A stretch of DNA of 40,209 nucleotides from PVC group bacterium (GTDB lineage Bacteria > Auribacterota > Erginobacteria > Erginobacterales > Erginobacteraceae), in NCBI GenBank assembly GCA_043804695.1, contig JAZDIV010000155.1:1-40209 (forward strand), read 5' to 3'. Shown here in pieces: positions 9,896 through 17,752 of the stretch; position 1 is the stretch's first letter; every line of letters starts with the position of its first letter. The notes beneath the pieces were generated by a model, which made no database searches, had not been told where the DNA came from, and was given only the letters and a program-made list of their open reading frames with translations. Made by a program: the position numbers and the translations under genes.

Positions 9896-10072
9896 AGCGA
9901 GCTAATTTGCTGCTCCGGAATTTCAAAAACGGTGAAGGTAAGGGTAACGATGCCCGTATCGGTGAAGGTAACGGTAATGGCCGCTCCGCCCGGCGCACGT
10001 AACCGTAACCGATAGACGAAACGGGCCTCGTCACCTTAACCGTCACCCAGTTGCGCCGAAGGCGCTAATTTA
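9888..10072. repeat. Composite repeat: B-type half hairpin (9888-9908) plus element A copy 1 (9911-10072, hexamer-periodic long hairpin ending in GCGCCGAAGGCGCTAATTTA)
   Basis: About 160 bp align by eye with 13074-13233, with roughly 20 differences. GGTRAV hexamers on the left arm pair with TMACCG-like hexamers on the right arm. Confidence 0.92.
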
Positions 10073-10091
10073 TAGAATCAAGGGGGATTCG

Positions 10092-10958
10092 ATGCAGATC
10101 TACATTAATGGAGAATACTATGACAAAGACGATGCCCGGATTTCTGTCTTCGATCACGGTCTTCTGTACGGGGATGGTGTTTTCGAGGGGATCAGGGTCT
10201 ACGCGAACAAGGTCTTCCGGCTCGACGAGCATCTGGAAAGGCTCTACGAGTCGGCCAAGGCGATCGACCTGACCATCCCCCTCCCGTTCCCGGAACTGAA
10301 GAGGGACGTGCTGGCGGCGGTCCGCCGCAACGCGTTGCCCGATGCCTACATCCGGCTGATTGTCACCCGGGGGGAGGGAAACCTGGGGTTAAACCCATAT
10401 ACCTGCGGCACCCCATCCGTTATCATTATTGTCGACCAGATCGCCCTCTATCCGCGAGAACTCTACCAGAAAGGATTGGCCGTGATTACGGTCGCCACCC
10501 AGAGAAATTTACCAGAAGCGGTCAACCCCCGGATCAAGTCCCTCAATTATCTTAACAACATTCTGGCAAAAATCGAGGCCATCAATGCCGGGGTGGAAGA
10601 AGCGATCATGCTCAACTCATTCGGGCTGGTCGCGGAGTGCGCGGGGGATAACATCTTCGCCATCCGCAAGGGAACCATTTTAACTCCGTCGATCAGCATG
10701 GGGGTCCTGGAGGGGATAACCCGGAATACAGTGATTCAAATGGCCCGGGAGCAAGGAATTGAGGTCAAGCAGCTGGTGATGACAAGGCATGACCTGTTCA
10801 TCGCCGACGAGTGTTTCCTGACCGGCACCGGCGCCGAGATCATCCCGGTTATCAAGATCGACGGTCGGGTGATCGGGGACGGGAAACCGGGAAAGATGAC
10901 AAAAGACCTGATGGCTTCGTATCACCGGTTGACCCGGGAGGAAGGAGTCCCGGTGTAA
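10092..10958 (+). CDS. ilvE: Branched-chain amino acid aminotransferase
   Basis: FDHGLLYGDGVFEGIR, IKSLNYLNNIL (PLP lysine), ECAGDN, LEGITR, FLTGTGAEI. Confidence 0.96.
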   Translation: MQIYINGEYYDKDDARISVFDHGLLYGDGVFEGIRVYANKVFRLDEHLERLYESAKAIDLTIPLPFPELKRDVLAAVRRNALPDAYIRLIVTRGEGNLGLNPYTCGTPSVIIIVDQIALYPRELYQKGLAVITVATQRNLPEAVNPRIKSLNYLNNILAKIEAINAGVEEAIMLNSFGLVAECAGDNIFAIRKGTILTPSISMGVLEGITRNTVIQMAREQGIEVKQLVMTRHDLFIADECFLTGTGAEIIPVIKIDGRVIGDGKPGKMTKDLMASYHRLTREEGVPV

Positions 10959-10982
10959 ATTAGCGCCTGCGGCGCTAATTTA
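10956..10982. repeat. Repeat B hairpin TAAATTAGCGCC-TGC-GGCGCTAATTTA supplying the ilvE stop codon
   Basis: Perfect 12-bp inverted repeat. Its first TAA is the ilvE stop. Confidence 0.9.
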
Positions 10983-11182
10983 TGGGAATCACATCTCGCT
11001 GCAATAAAGTATTATATTGAGAACGATCTGAGAATCGGTTTAAGTCCAGCAGTTCATGCCGGAACGCTTATTCATTTTAGGCAATAAAGAGTTAAAATTA
11101 TCATGTCGGCTTGAATCGTTGGATTTATACTCATCCGATAATCGTGATCAATTCCAATTTATTTTATAAACAAGTAATTACC

Positions 11183-11213
11183 TAAATTAGCGACCGAAGG
11201 GAGCTAATTTATA
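11183..11213. repeat. Repeat B variant TAAATTAGC-GACCGAAGGGA-GCTAATTTATA abutting the mcsA start
   Basis: The core is identical to 11929-11959. ATG at 11214. Confidence 0.9.
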
Positions 11214-11810
11214 ATGATCTGCCAGAATTGTCAAAAGCAGGAAGTCACCGTTCATTTCACCGAGATCATCGACGGCAAGGTGATCGAGCTCCATCTCTGT
11301 GAGGACTGCGCCCGTCAGAAAGGGATCGCCCTCACCCCTGCCGACGCCGTCTCCGAGCTCATCAGCACCCTGGCCGCCGGCCGGGAGACGGATGCCGATG
11401 AGGATGTCCGGTGCCCCTGCTGCGGCCTCACCCTGAAAGAACTGCGGAGCGGCGGACGTCTCGGGTGTGGCGAATGTTACCGGACCTTTTCCGCCAGCCT
11501 GAAGCCCCTGATGAAGAATCTTCATAAAGGCACCTCCCATACCGGGAAGCTCCCCGCCGCGGCCCGGAAAAACGCCGCCGGGCCGAAAAAGCGGGGTCGG
11601 GCGGCGGCCCCGGGAAAACCGTCGTCCGGGGCCTCCGGGGGAGGGGAGAGGAAGAGGGGAGAAGATGCTCTCCGCCTGCAAGAAGAGATCCGGGCCGCCG
11701 TCGCCGACGAAGACTATGAGAAGGCCGCACAATTGCGCGACCGGATGAAAGAATCGGAACCGCCCCGGACGGACGATTCTAAGAATGGCGTCTCCGGATC
11801 CGATAGATAA
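11214..11810 (+). CDS. mcsA: McsA, activator of protein-arginine kinase (CxxC motifs plus UVR domain)
   Basis: CQNC, CEDC, CPCC, CGEC, GRLGC, SHTGK, UVR motif EDYEKAAQLRD. Lies upstream of mcsB-clpC. Confidence 0.92.
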   Translation: MICQNCQKQEVTVHFTEIIDGKVIELHLCEDCARQKGIALTPADAVSELISTLAAGRETDADEDVRCPCCGLTLKELRSGGRLGCGECYRTFSASLKPLMKNLHKGTSHTGKLPAAARKNAAGPKKRGRAAAPGKPSSGASGGGERKRGEDALRLQEEIRAAVADEDYEKAAQLRDRMKESEPPRTDDSKNGVSGSDR

Positions 11811-11895
11811 ATTATTTTCTTCGAGGTAAATGATGGCCAAGGTTATAAGGCTTTTTTATTATAGCGCCTCGGTGAAAATATGTTAGTTAACCAAC

Positions 11896-11958
11896 AGCCC
11901 CCCGATTGATTCAATCGGGGGGCTCGAATAAATTAGCGACCGAAGGGAGCTAATTTAT
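11896..11958. repeat. Perfect hairpin AGCCCCCCGATTGA-T-TCAATCGGGGGGCT followed by a repeat B variant abutting the mcsB start
   Basis: A 14-bp inverted repeat at 11896-11924 with the CCCGAT..ATCGGG core of repeat D, then ATAAATTAGCGACCGAAGGGAGCTAATTTAT at 11928-11958. Confidence 0.88.
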
Positions 11959-11960
11959 AA

Positions 11961-13016
11961 ATGAAGCTGGAAGATTTGCTGGAGAATATGGCTCCCTGGC
12001 TGACGGGAGACGGACCGGAGGCGGACATCGTGTTCTCCAGCCGGGTGCGGCTGGCGCGGAATATCAGGGGCTATAATTTCCCCCGGAGAATGAGTCGGGA
12101 AAATCGCCGGAATCTGTTTGCCGTCATTGTCGCGGGGATCGGGCGGACCGCTTCGCTCCCGGACCCGCTGATCGTGAAGCTGGAGGAGCTTTCCGAACTG
12201 AACCGGCAGTTTTTGATGGAGAGACACCTGATCAGCCGGGAACTCTCTCCGGAGCACCAGGGCGGGGCGGCCATCGGGAAGAACGAGATCGTGAGCCTGA
12301 TGATCAACGAGGAGGATCATCTCCGGATCCAGGTCATCCGGTCGGGCCTGAGCCTGGCCCGGTGCTGGGAGGAGATCGACCGGATCGACACCGACCTGGA
12401 GAAGGTCCTCACGTTTGAATGTTCTCCCGAATACGGGTATCTCACGGCCTGCCCGAGCAATGTGGGAACCGGAATGCGGGCGTCGGTCATGATGCACCTT
12501 CCGGCGTTGGTTCTCTCCCAGCAGATCGGGAAGATCGTCCAGGCGGTGGGGAAACTGGGACTGGCCGTGCGGGGGCTTTACGGGGAAGGCTCGCCGGCCG
12601 CGGGAAACATCTTCCAGATTTCAAACCAGTCCACTCTCGGCAAGTCCGAGTCGGAGATCCTGGGCGACCTGGAGAAGATTATCCGTAAGATCATCATCCA
12701 CGAGCGCAACGGGCGCCGGGTCCTTCTTGACGGGCAGCTCTTGCGCCTGCAGGATCGGATCTGCCGCGCCCGGGGCATTCTCGAGAATGCCCGGCTGATC
12801 AGCAGCGAGGAGACGATCAGCCTGCTTTCCGCCTTGCGAATGGGCGTCGATCTCGGGGTGCTGGACTCGATCACCCGGAAAACGGTAAACCAGGTCTTCA
12901 TTCAGTCGCAGCCGGCGCATCTGCAGAGGCTGGCCGGCCGGGTTCTCGCCCCGGAGGAACGGGACGCCCTCCGGGCGAACCTGATCAGGGAAAAATTGGC
13001 CGGCCCGCCCCGTTAA
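11961..13016 (+). CDS. mcsB: Protein-arginine kinase McsB
   Basis: SSRVRLARN, NEEDHLR, LTACPSNVGTGMRASVMMHLP, VRGLYGEGS, QISNQ. Confidence 0.96.
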   Translation: MKLEDLLENMAPWLTGDGPEADIVFSSRVRLARNIRGYNFPRRMSRENRRNLFAVIVAGIGRTASLPDPLIVKLEELSELNRQFLMERHLISRELSPEHQGGAAIGKNEIVSLMINEEDHLRIQVIRSGLSLARCWEEIDRIDTDLEKVLTFECSPEYGYLTACPSNVGTGMRASVMMHLPALVLSQQIGKIVQAVGKLGLAVRGLYGEGSPAAGNIFQISNQSTLGKSESEILGDLEKIIRKIIIHERNGRRVLLDGQLLRLQDRICRARGILENARLISSEETISLLSALRMGVDLGVLDSITRKTVNQVFIQSQPAHLQRLAGRVLAPEERDALRANLIREKLAGPPR

Positions 13017-13034
13017 TTCGGGTTAGTTTTGAAC
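13014..13034. repeat. Repeat D half copy beginning at the mcsB stop codon
   Basis: TAATTCGGGTTAGTTTTGAAC versus TAAATCGGGTTAGTTTTGAAC at 4736-4756. Confidence 0.8.
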
Positions 13035-13073
13035 CAGATCGAGGATAATGTCGTCAATAATAGAGTAATTTAT

Positions 13074-13252
13074 TGCTTTGGAATTTCAAAAACGGTAACG
13101 GTAAGGGTAACGAAGCCCGTATCGGTGAGGGTAACGGTAACGGCTGCCTCGCTGGGCGCACGTAACCGTAACCGGTAGACGAAACGGGCATCGTCACCGT
13201 AACCGTAACCACGTTGCGCCGAAGGCGCTAAGTTCCTACTTCGGAATTTCAA
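13074..13252. repeat. Element A copy 2, bracketed by imperfect direct repeats TGCTTTGGAATTTCAA / TACTTCGGAATTTCAA
   Basis: Aligns with 9911-10072. The direct repeats at 13074-13089 and 13237-13252 match at 14 of 16 positions. Confidence 0.92.
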
Positions 13253-13260
13253 TGAATAGA

Positions 13261-13321
13261 TGTCAGGTGTAAGGTGGGGCGAGTTTCTTTACACTTTACA
13301 CTTTACACTTTAAACTTTACA
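13261..13321. repeat. Repeat E copy 2 (heptamer array)
   Basis: TGTCAGG TGTAAGG ... (CTTTACA)3 CTTTAAA CTTTACA. It ends like copy 1 at 6124-6137. Confidence 0.88.
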
Positions 13322-13324
13322 CTA

Positions 13325-13354
13325 ACGAGTTGCGAACGAAGTGAGCTAACTCGT
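13325..13354. repeat. B-like hairpin ACGAGTT-GCGAACGAAGTGAGC-T-AACTCGT upstream of the clpC RBS
   Basis: Same GCGANCGAAGNGAGC core as the B variants, with different outer arms. Confidence 0.7.
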
Positions 13355-13371
13355 ATTACAGGAGTTTACCC

Positions 13372-15819
13372 ATGTTCGACCAATTTACGCCCCGGGCCCG
13401 GCAGGTCATCCTGCTGGCCCGGAAGGAAGCGGACCGGTTCAATCATAATTACATCGGCACCGAACACCTCCTTTTGGGGTTGGTGAAGCTGGGGCAGGGG
13501 GTGGCGATGGATGTTCTCCGGGAGATGGGGATTGATTTTGAAACACTCTGGAGGGAGATCGAAAGGGCGGTGGGAAGCGGGCCGGAGACAAAGGTGATCG
13601 GCGAAGTCCCCCTGACCGTCAAGGCCCGGAAGGTGATCGAGCTGGCCCTGGAGGAGGCGAAGCAGCTCCAGCACAGCTACATCGGCACCGAGCACCTGCT
13701 GCTCGGCCTGATCAAGGAGGGGGAAGGGGTCGCCGCCCGGGTGATGAAAAACCTGGGAGTCGACCTGGATGAAACCCGCCGCCGGATATTAGAGAAGCTG
13801 AAGATGGAATACGGCGCCAATCCGGTGAAAGCGGAGTCGGAGAAGAAGAAATCATCCAAGACACCGGCCCTGAAAGTGTTCGGACGCGACCTCACCGAAC
13901 TGGCCCGGGCGGGCAAACTGGACCCCGTGATCGGGCGGGAGCGCGAGATCGAACGCGTCAGCCAGATCCTCTGCCGCCGCACCAAGAATAACCCGGTGCT
14001 GATCGGCGAAGCGGGGGTCGGGAAGACTGCGATCGTGGAGGGGATGGCCCAGAAGATCGTCGCCGGAGAAGTTCCGGAGATACTTCGCCAGAAAAAGCTC
14101 ATCACCCTGGACCTGGTCCTGATGGTGGCCGGGACCAAATACCGGGGGCAGTTTGAGGAACGGCTGAAGGCGGTGATGGACGAGATCAAGCGGTCCCAGA
14201 ACATCCTTCTCTTCATCGACGAGCTCCATACCATCGTGGGCGCGGGCAGCGCCGAAGGAGCAATGGACGCTTCCAATATTCTCAAGCCCGCCCTCTCCCG
14301 GGGGGAGATGCAATGCATCGGCGCCACCACCATGAACGAGTACCGCAAGTACATCGAGAAGGACGCCGCCCTGGAGCGCCGTTTCCAGGTTATCCGGGTT
14401 GCCGCCAACACCGTGGCGGAAACGGTCGAGATCCTCAAGGGCCTGCGGAAGAAATACGAGGAGCATCACAACGCCGTCATCTCCGACGCGGCCATTACCG
14501 CGGCGGCGGAACTCTCCGACCGCTACCTCCCCGGCCGCTATCTGCCCGACAAGGCGATTGACCTCATCGATGAAGCCGCCGCCCGGGTCAGGATCGCGGT
14601 CATGACCCGGCCGAAGGCTTTGAAAAAGCTGGAGGAGAAAGTCGGCCGGCTCGGCCGGCAGAAAGAGGAGGCGGTTAAAAATCAGGACTTCGAGCAGGCG
14701 GCCCGGCGGCGGGACGAGGAGAAAAAAGCCCAGGAGCAGTTGAACGGCCGGCTGGCCAGGTGGAAGAACGCCGGCGCCTCCCGGAAGGTGACCGTCGATG
14801 AAGAGGGGGTGGCCCAGGTTCTCTCCCGGTGGACGGGAATCCCGGTCTCCCGGATGGAGGAGGAAGAAACGGCCAAGCTCCTGCGGATGGAGGAGGAGAT
14901 CCACCGGCGGGTTATCGGCCAAAACGAGGCGATCGTCGCCATCTCCCGTTCGCTGCGCCGTTCCCGCGCCAACCTGAAAGATCCGCGGCGGCCGATCGGA
15001 TCCTTCATTTTCCTGGGCCCGACCGGGGTCGGCAAGACCTACCTGGCCCGCGCCCTGGCCGAGTTCATGTTCGGCAACGAAGACGCGCTGATCCAGCTGG
15101 ACATGTCCGAGTACATGGAGAAATTCGCGGTCTCCCGGATGGTGGGATCGCCTCCCGGGTATGTCGGTTACGAGGAGGGCGGCCAGCTGACCGAGCAGGT
15201 CCGGCGCCGTCCTTATTCGGTGGTTCTTTTTGACGAGGTGGAAAAGGCCCACCCCGAGGTCATGGGCATCCTCCTGCAGATACTGGAAGAGGGGACCCTT
15301 ACGGACAACTGGGGCCGGGCGGTTGATTTCCGCAACACCGTTGTCATCATGACCTCCAACGCCGGCGCCGAACTCCTCCGGAAAGGGACGACGGTCGGGT
15401 TCGGAGCCCGGACCGACCAGGACCGGCACGAAGAGATAAAAAACGCCGTCCTGGGAGAGGTCAAGAAGATCTTCAAACCGGAGTTTCTGAACCGGGTCGA
15501 CGACACCATCGTCTTTCATCAACTGAGCCGGGAGAACCTGATCCGGATTCTGGACCTCCAGATGGAGGCGGTGACGGGGCGTCTCCGGGACCGGGGGATC
15601 ACACTGGAGATGACCGGCCCGGCCAAGGAATTCCTGATCTCCGAAGGCTACGACATGACCATGGGCGCCCGCCCCCTGCGGCGCGCCCTGGAGCGGCTGG
15701 TGGAAGACAGCCTGGCCGAGTCAATCCTGAAAGGCGAAATCGCGGCCGGGGACCGGGTCAGGATCGGGCTGAAGAATAAACGGCTTAATTTTGCGACGGT
15801 TAAACCGGAGCAGTCATGA
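13372..15819 (+). CDS. clpC: ATP-dependent Clp protease ATPase ClpC
   Basis: Twin Clp-N repeats ([11 protein letters not shown]), NBD1 GEAGVGKT and IDELH, UVR middle domain QDFEQAA, NBD2 GPTGVGKT and [11 protein letters not shown] ClpP-docking loop. RBS AGGAG. Confidence 0.97.
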   Translation: MFDQFTPRARQVILLARKEADRFNHNYIGTEHLLLGLVKLGQGVAMDVLREMGIDFETLWREIERAVGSGPETKVIGEVPLTVKARKVIELALEEAKQLQHSYIGTEHLLLGLIKEGEGVAARVMKNLGVDLDETRRRILEKLKMEYGANPVKAESEKKKSSKTPALKVFGRDLTELARAGKLDPVIGREREIERVSQILCRRTKNNPVLIGEAGVGKTAIVEGMAQKIVAGEVPEILRQKKLITLDLVLMVAGTKYRGQFEERLKAVMDEIKRSQNILLFIDELHTIVGAGSAEGAMDASNILKPALSRGEMQCIGATTMNEYRKYIEKDAALERRFQVIRVAANTVAETVEILKGLRKKYEEHHNAVISDAAITAAAELSDRYLPGRYLPDKAIDLIDEAAARVRIAVMTRPKALKKLEEKVGRLGRQKEEAVKNQDFEQAARRRDEEKKAQEQLNGRLARWKNAGASRKVTVDEEGVAQVLSRWTGIPVSRMEEEETAKLLRMEEEIHRRVIGQNEAIVAISRSLRRSRANLKDPRRPIGSFIFLGPTGVGKTYLARALAEFMFGNEDALIQLDMSEYMEKFAVSRMVGSPPGYVGYEEGGQLTEQVRRRPYSVVLFDEVEKAHPEVMGILLQILEEGTLTDNWGRAVDFRNTVVIMTSNAGAELLRKGTTVGFGARTDQDRHEEIKNAVLGEVKKIFKPEFLNRVDDTIVFHQLSRENLIRILDLQMEAVTGRLRDRGITLEMTGPAKEFLISEGYDMTMGARPLRRALERLVEDSLAESILKGEIAAGDRVRIGLKNKRLNFATVKPEQS

Positions 15820-15954
15820 AAATTAAAATTTTTTTATGAATGATCCGGGTTTGCCGACCGCTGGATCTCCGCGCTGAAAACAACATTCATTATCTGGGTT
15901 TTCGTCCTCCTCCCTGCTGCGGTCATCTCTCCATTCTCCGCTTTTCCACAGAGC

Positions 15955-17433
15955 GTGACCCCGCCCGCTCCGAACGCTTCGCCCACCCCCGCCCGGGCTG
16001 ACATCTACCGGGAGATCGGGCGGCTGAAAATGGAAATGGCCCGGCGCCCCGGCGCCTCCGCCTCCGCCCGCGCGAAGTTGGTCCGGCTCTATCTGCAGGC
16101 GGGAGATCCCGAACGGGCCGTCAGTCTCTACCGGTACGCTCTGATCATCGAACCTGACCGGGCGCCGGCATACCACCGGAAGATCGGCGATATCTACCGG
16201 GAGCTGGGTCGCGGTGAAGAAGCGGAACGGGAGTATCAGCTGGCCGAGACGTCCGAACGCCCCGACCCCTCCCTTCGCGCCCGAGGGCAGCTGCGGGAGT
16301 GGGAGGAGACGGGAAGAGACGATCTCCTCCTGCAGCAGTACCGTTTTCTTTTCTGGACGCAGTCCGGTTCCCGGATCCCCTACCTCCGCCGGATCGCCCG
16401 GATTCTCTCCCGGCAGGGGGAAGAGGCGGAGGCCCGGCGCTATTATGATTGGATGGTGCGGAGCTTCCGGCGGCTGATCGAAGAAAGGCCGGCCCGGGCC
16501 CTGGACTACACCCTCCGAATTGCCGACCTCTACGAGGAGATGGGAGATGGGACGGCGGCGGAACGGGAGTACGCCGGGGCGGTCGTGATTGAGGGTGCTG
16601 AGGGGGCGACGGCGCTGACGCGCCAGGCCGATTTTTACCGCTCACAGGGGAAGCCGGAAAGAGCTCTCTCCCTCTACCGAGAAGCGGAAAAAAAGAAAGG
16701 GGCTGACCCGGTCTCGGTGTGGCTGAAGATAGCCGCGATTCTCGAGGACAGGGGCGAAACCGGTCCGGCCCTGGATTGGCTGGAGAAGGCGGCGGCGGCG
16801 GGGGAGGGGAAGGAAGGGGCCGTGATCAGGCTGAAGGTTGCCCGTCATCTGGCCCGGCATGAGGAGCCGGAGCGGGCGCTGGAAGCATACCGGTCCGCTC
16901 TGCCGCACCTGAGCCCGGCGCGCCGGGCCGGCGTCATGGAGGAAATCGGCGATATCCTCGCCGACCGGGGCCGGGAAGCGGAGGCCGCGGAGGCCTACCT
17001 GAAGGCAATGGCCCTCTGGGAGGAGGACCGGGAGGGGAAAGATCCCGGCCTCCGGATCTTGGAACGCCTGAGCCGGCTGGCCGGGAAGGCCGGGCGGGCG
17101 GAACTGTCCGAGGAGTACTCTCAAAAGCTGATCGAGGCCTATCGCCGGGAGTTGGGCGCCGACCCCGTCCGGGCGCCGTATTATCATCGCGCGCTGGCCG
17201 CGCTTTACTCCCGCCGGGGACAGCACCGGGAGGCGAGCGCTCATTACCGGGCCTGGAGCAGCCTGGCCCCGGAAGACCCCTATCCCCCGTATCGCCTCTA
17301 TCGCCTTTACCGGGATCATTTCTCCGACCCCGAAACCGCCGACCGGTACTACGCCCGGTACCGGGAGTTGCGGAAGAAAGAGAGGGCACAGGCCGGCCAT
17401 CAGCAATCACCGTCACCGGTTACTGGTCGCTGA
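15955..17433 (+). CDS. Tetratricopeptide-repeat-like helical protein, probably exported; true start may be upstream (CTG 15874)
   Basis: Repeated TPR-like helices (IGDIYRELGRGEEAEREY, IADLYEEMGDGTAAEREY, LAALYSRRGQHREASAHY). A signal-peptide-like sequence lies in frame at 15874-15954. Confidence 0.8.
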   Translation: MTPPAPNASPTPARADIYREIGRLKMEMARRPGASASARAKLVRLYLQAGDPERAVSLYRYALIIEPDRAPAYHRKIGDIYRELGRGEEAEREYQLAETSERPDPSLRARGQLREWEETGRDDLLLQQYRFLFWTQSGSRIPYLRRIARILSRQGEEAEARRYYDWMVRSFRRLIEERPARALDYTLRIADLYEEMGDGTAAEREYAGAVVIEGAEGATALTRQADFYRSQGKPERALSLYREAEKKKGADPVSVWLKIAAILEDRGETGPALDWLEKAAAAGEGKEGAVIRLKVARHLARHEEPERALEAYRSALPHLSPARRAGVMEEIGDILADRGREAEAAEAYLKAMALWEEDREGKDPGLRILERLSRLAGKAGRAELSEEYSQKLIEAYRRELGADPVRAPYYHRALAALYSRRGQHREASAHYRAWSSLAPEDPYPPYRLYRLYRDHFSDPETADRYYARYRELRKKERAQAGHQQSPSPVTGR

Positions 17434-17450
17434 TTATTTTTTTACTTGGA

Positions 17451-17479
17451 TTGTCCTCCCCGCGGAAAGTAGATATAAT
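17451..17479 (+). promoter_or_regulatory. Candidate sigma70 promoter TTGTCC-N17-TATAAT
   Basis: -35 at 17451-17456 and a consensus -10 at 17474-17479, pointing toward the ParB-like gene. Confidence 0.55.
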
Positions 17480-17530
17480 CCCTGTCTCCGCGTTGTTTAG
17501 CATTCCGATAATAATTGAAGCGGATGATTT

Positions 17531-17700
17531 TAGAGGCTCTCCGATAAATCCGATTTAACCATTGTTGCGGTCATTGCGAGGAGCGCAGCGACGAAGCAAT
17601 CCCATCGTTTTGGGTATGAATGGGTTTGGTTGAAGAGAAGAGATTGCTTCGCCCTTCGGGCTCGCAATGACGTAAAAAGTGGTTGATCGGACAGCCTCTA
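17531..17700. mobile_element. MITE-like element C copy 1: terminal inverted repeats around a branched palindrome
   Basis: TIRs TAGAGGCTCTCCGAT (17531-17545) and ATCGGACAGCCTCTA (17686-17700). Inner pairs GTCATTGCGAG/CTCGCAATGAC and CGAAGCAATC/GATTGCTTCG. An inverted copy lies at 40055-40187. Confidence 0.75.
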
Positions 17701-17752
17701 AGGATTGCGGCGACCACAACAGCCCCTTAAAGTTTGACCCCGGGAGGATGAG

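Noticed and set aside
11187..11207. TTAGC..GCTAA before mcsA and mcsB as CIRCE (HrcA) operators
   Set aside because: CIRCE is TTAGCACTC-N9-GAGTGCTAA. Here the inner bases differ, only 11 nt separate TTAGC and GCTAA, and related hairpins occur at lysS and ilvE.
13287..13321. Heptad repeats upstream of clpC as a CtsR box
   Set aside because: CTTTACA does not match RGTCAAA-NAN-RGTCAAA, no ctsR is present, and the same array occurs before lysS.
9911..13354. Repeats as a CRISPR array or integron cassette array
   Set aside because: There is no regular repeat-spacer periodicity and no cas or intI gene, and the intervening genes are housekeeping genes.
13852..15522. Long antisense and alternate-frame ORFs (for example 556 aa opposite clpC, 361 aa opposite prfB, 345 aa opposite lysS, 336 aa opposite hsdM)
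   Set aside because: These are shadow ORFs expected from GC-rich codon usage. They fully overlap well-supported genes and have no motifs.
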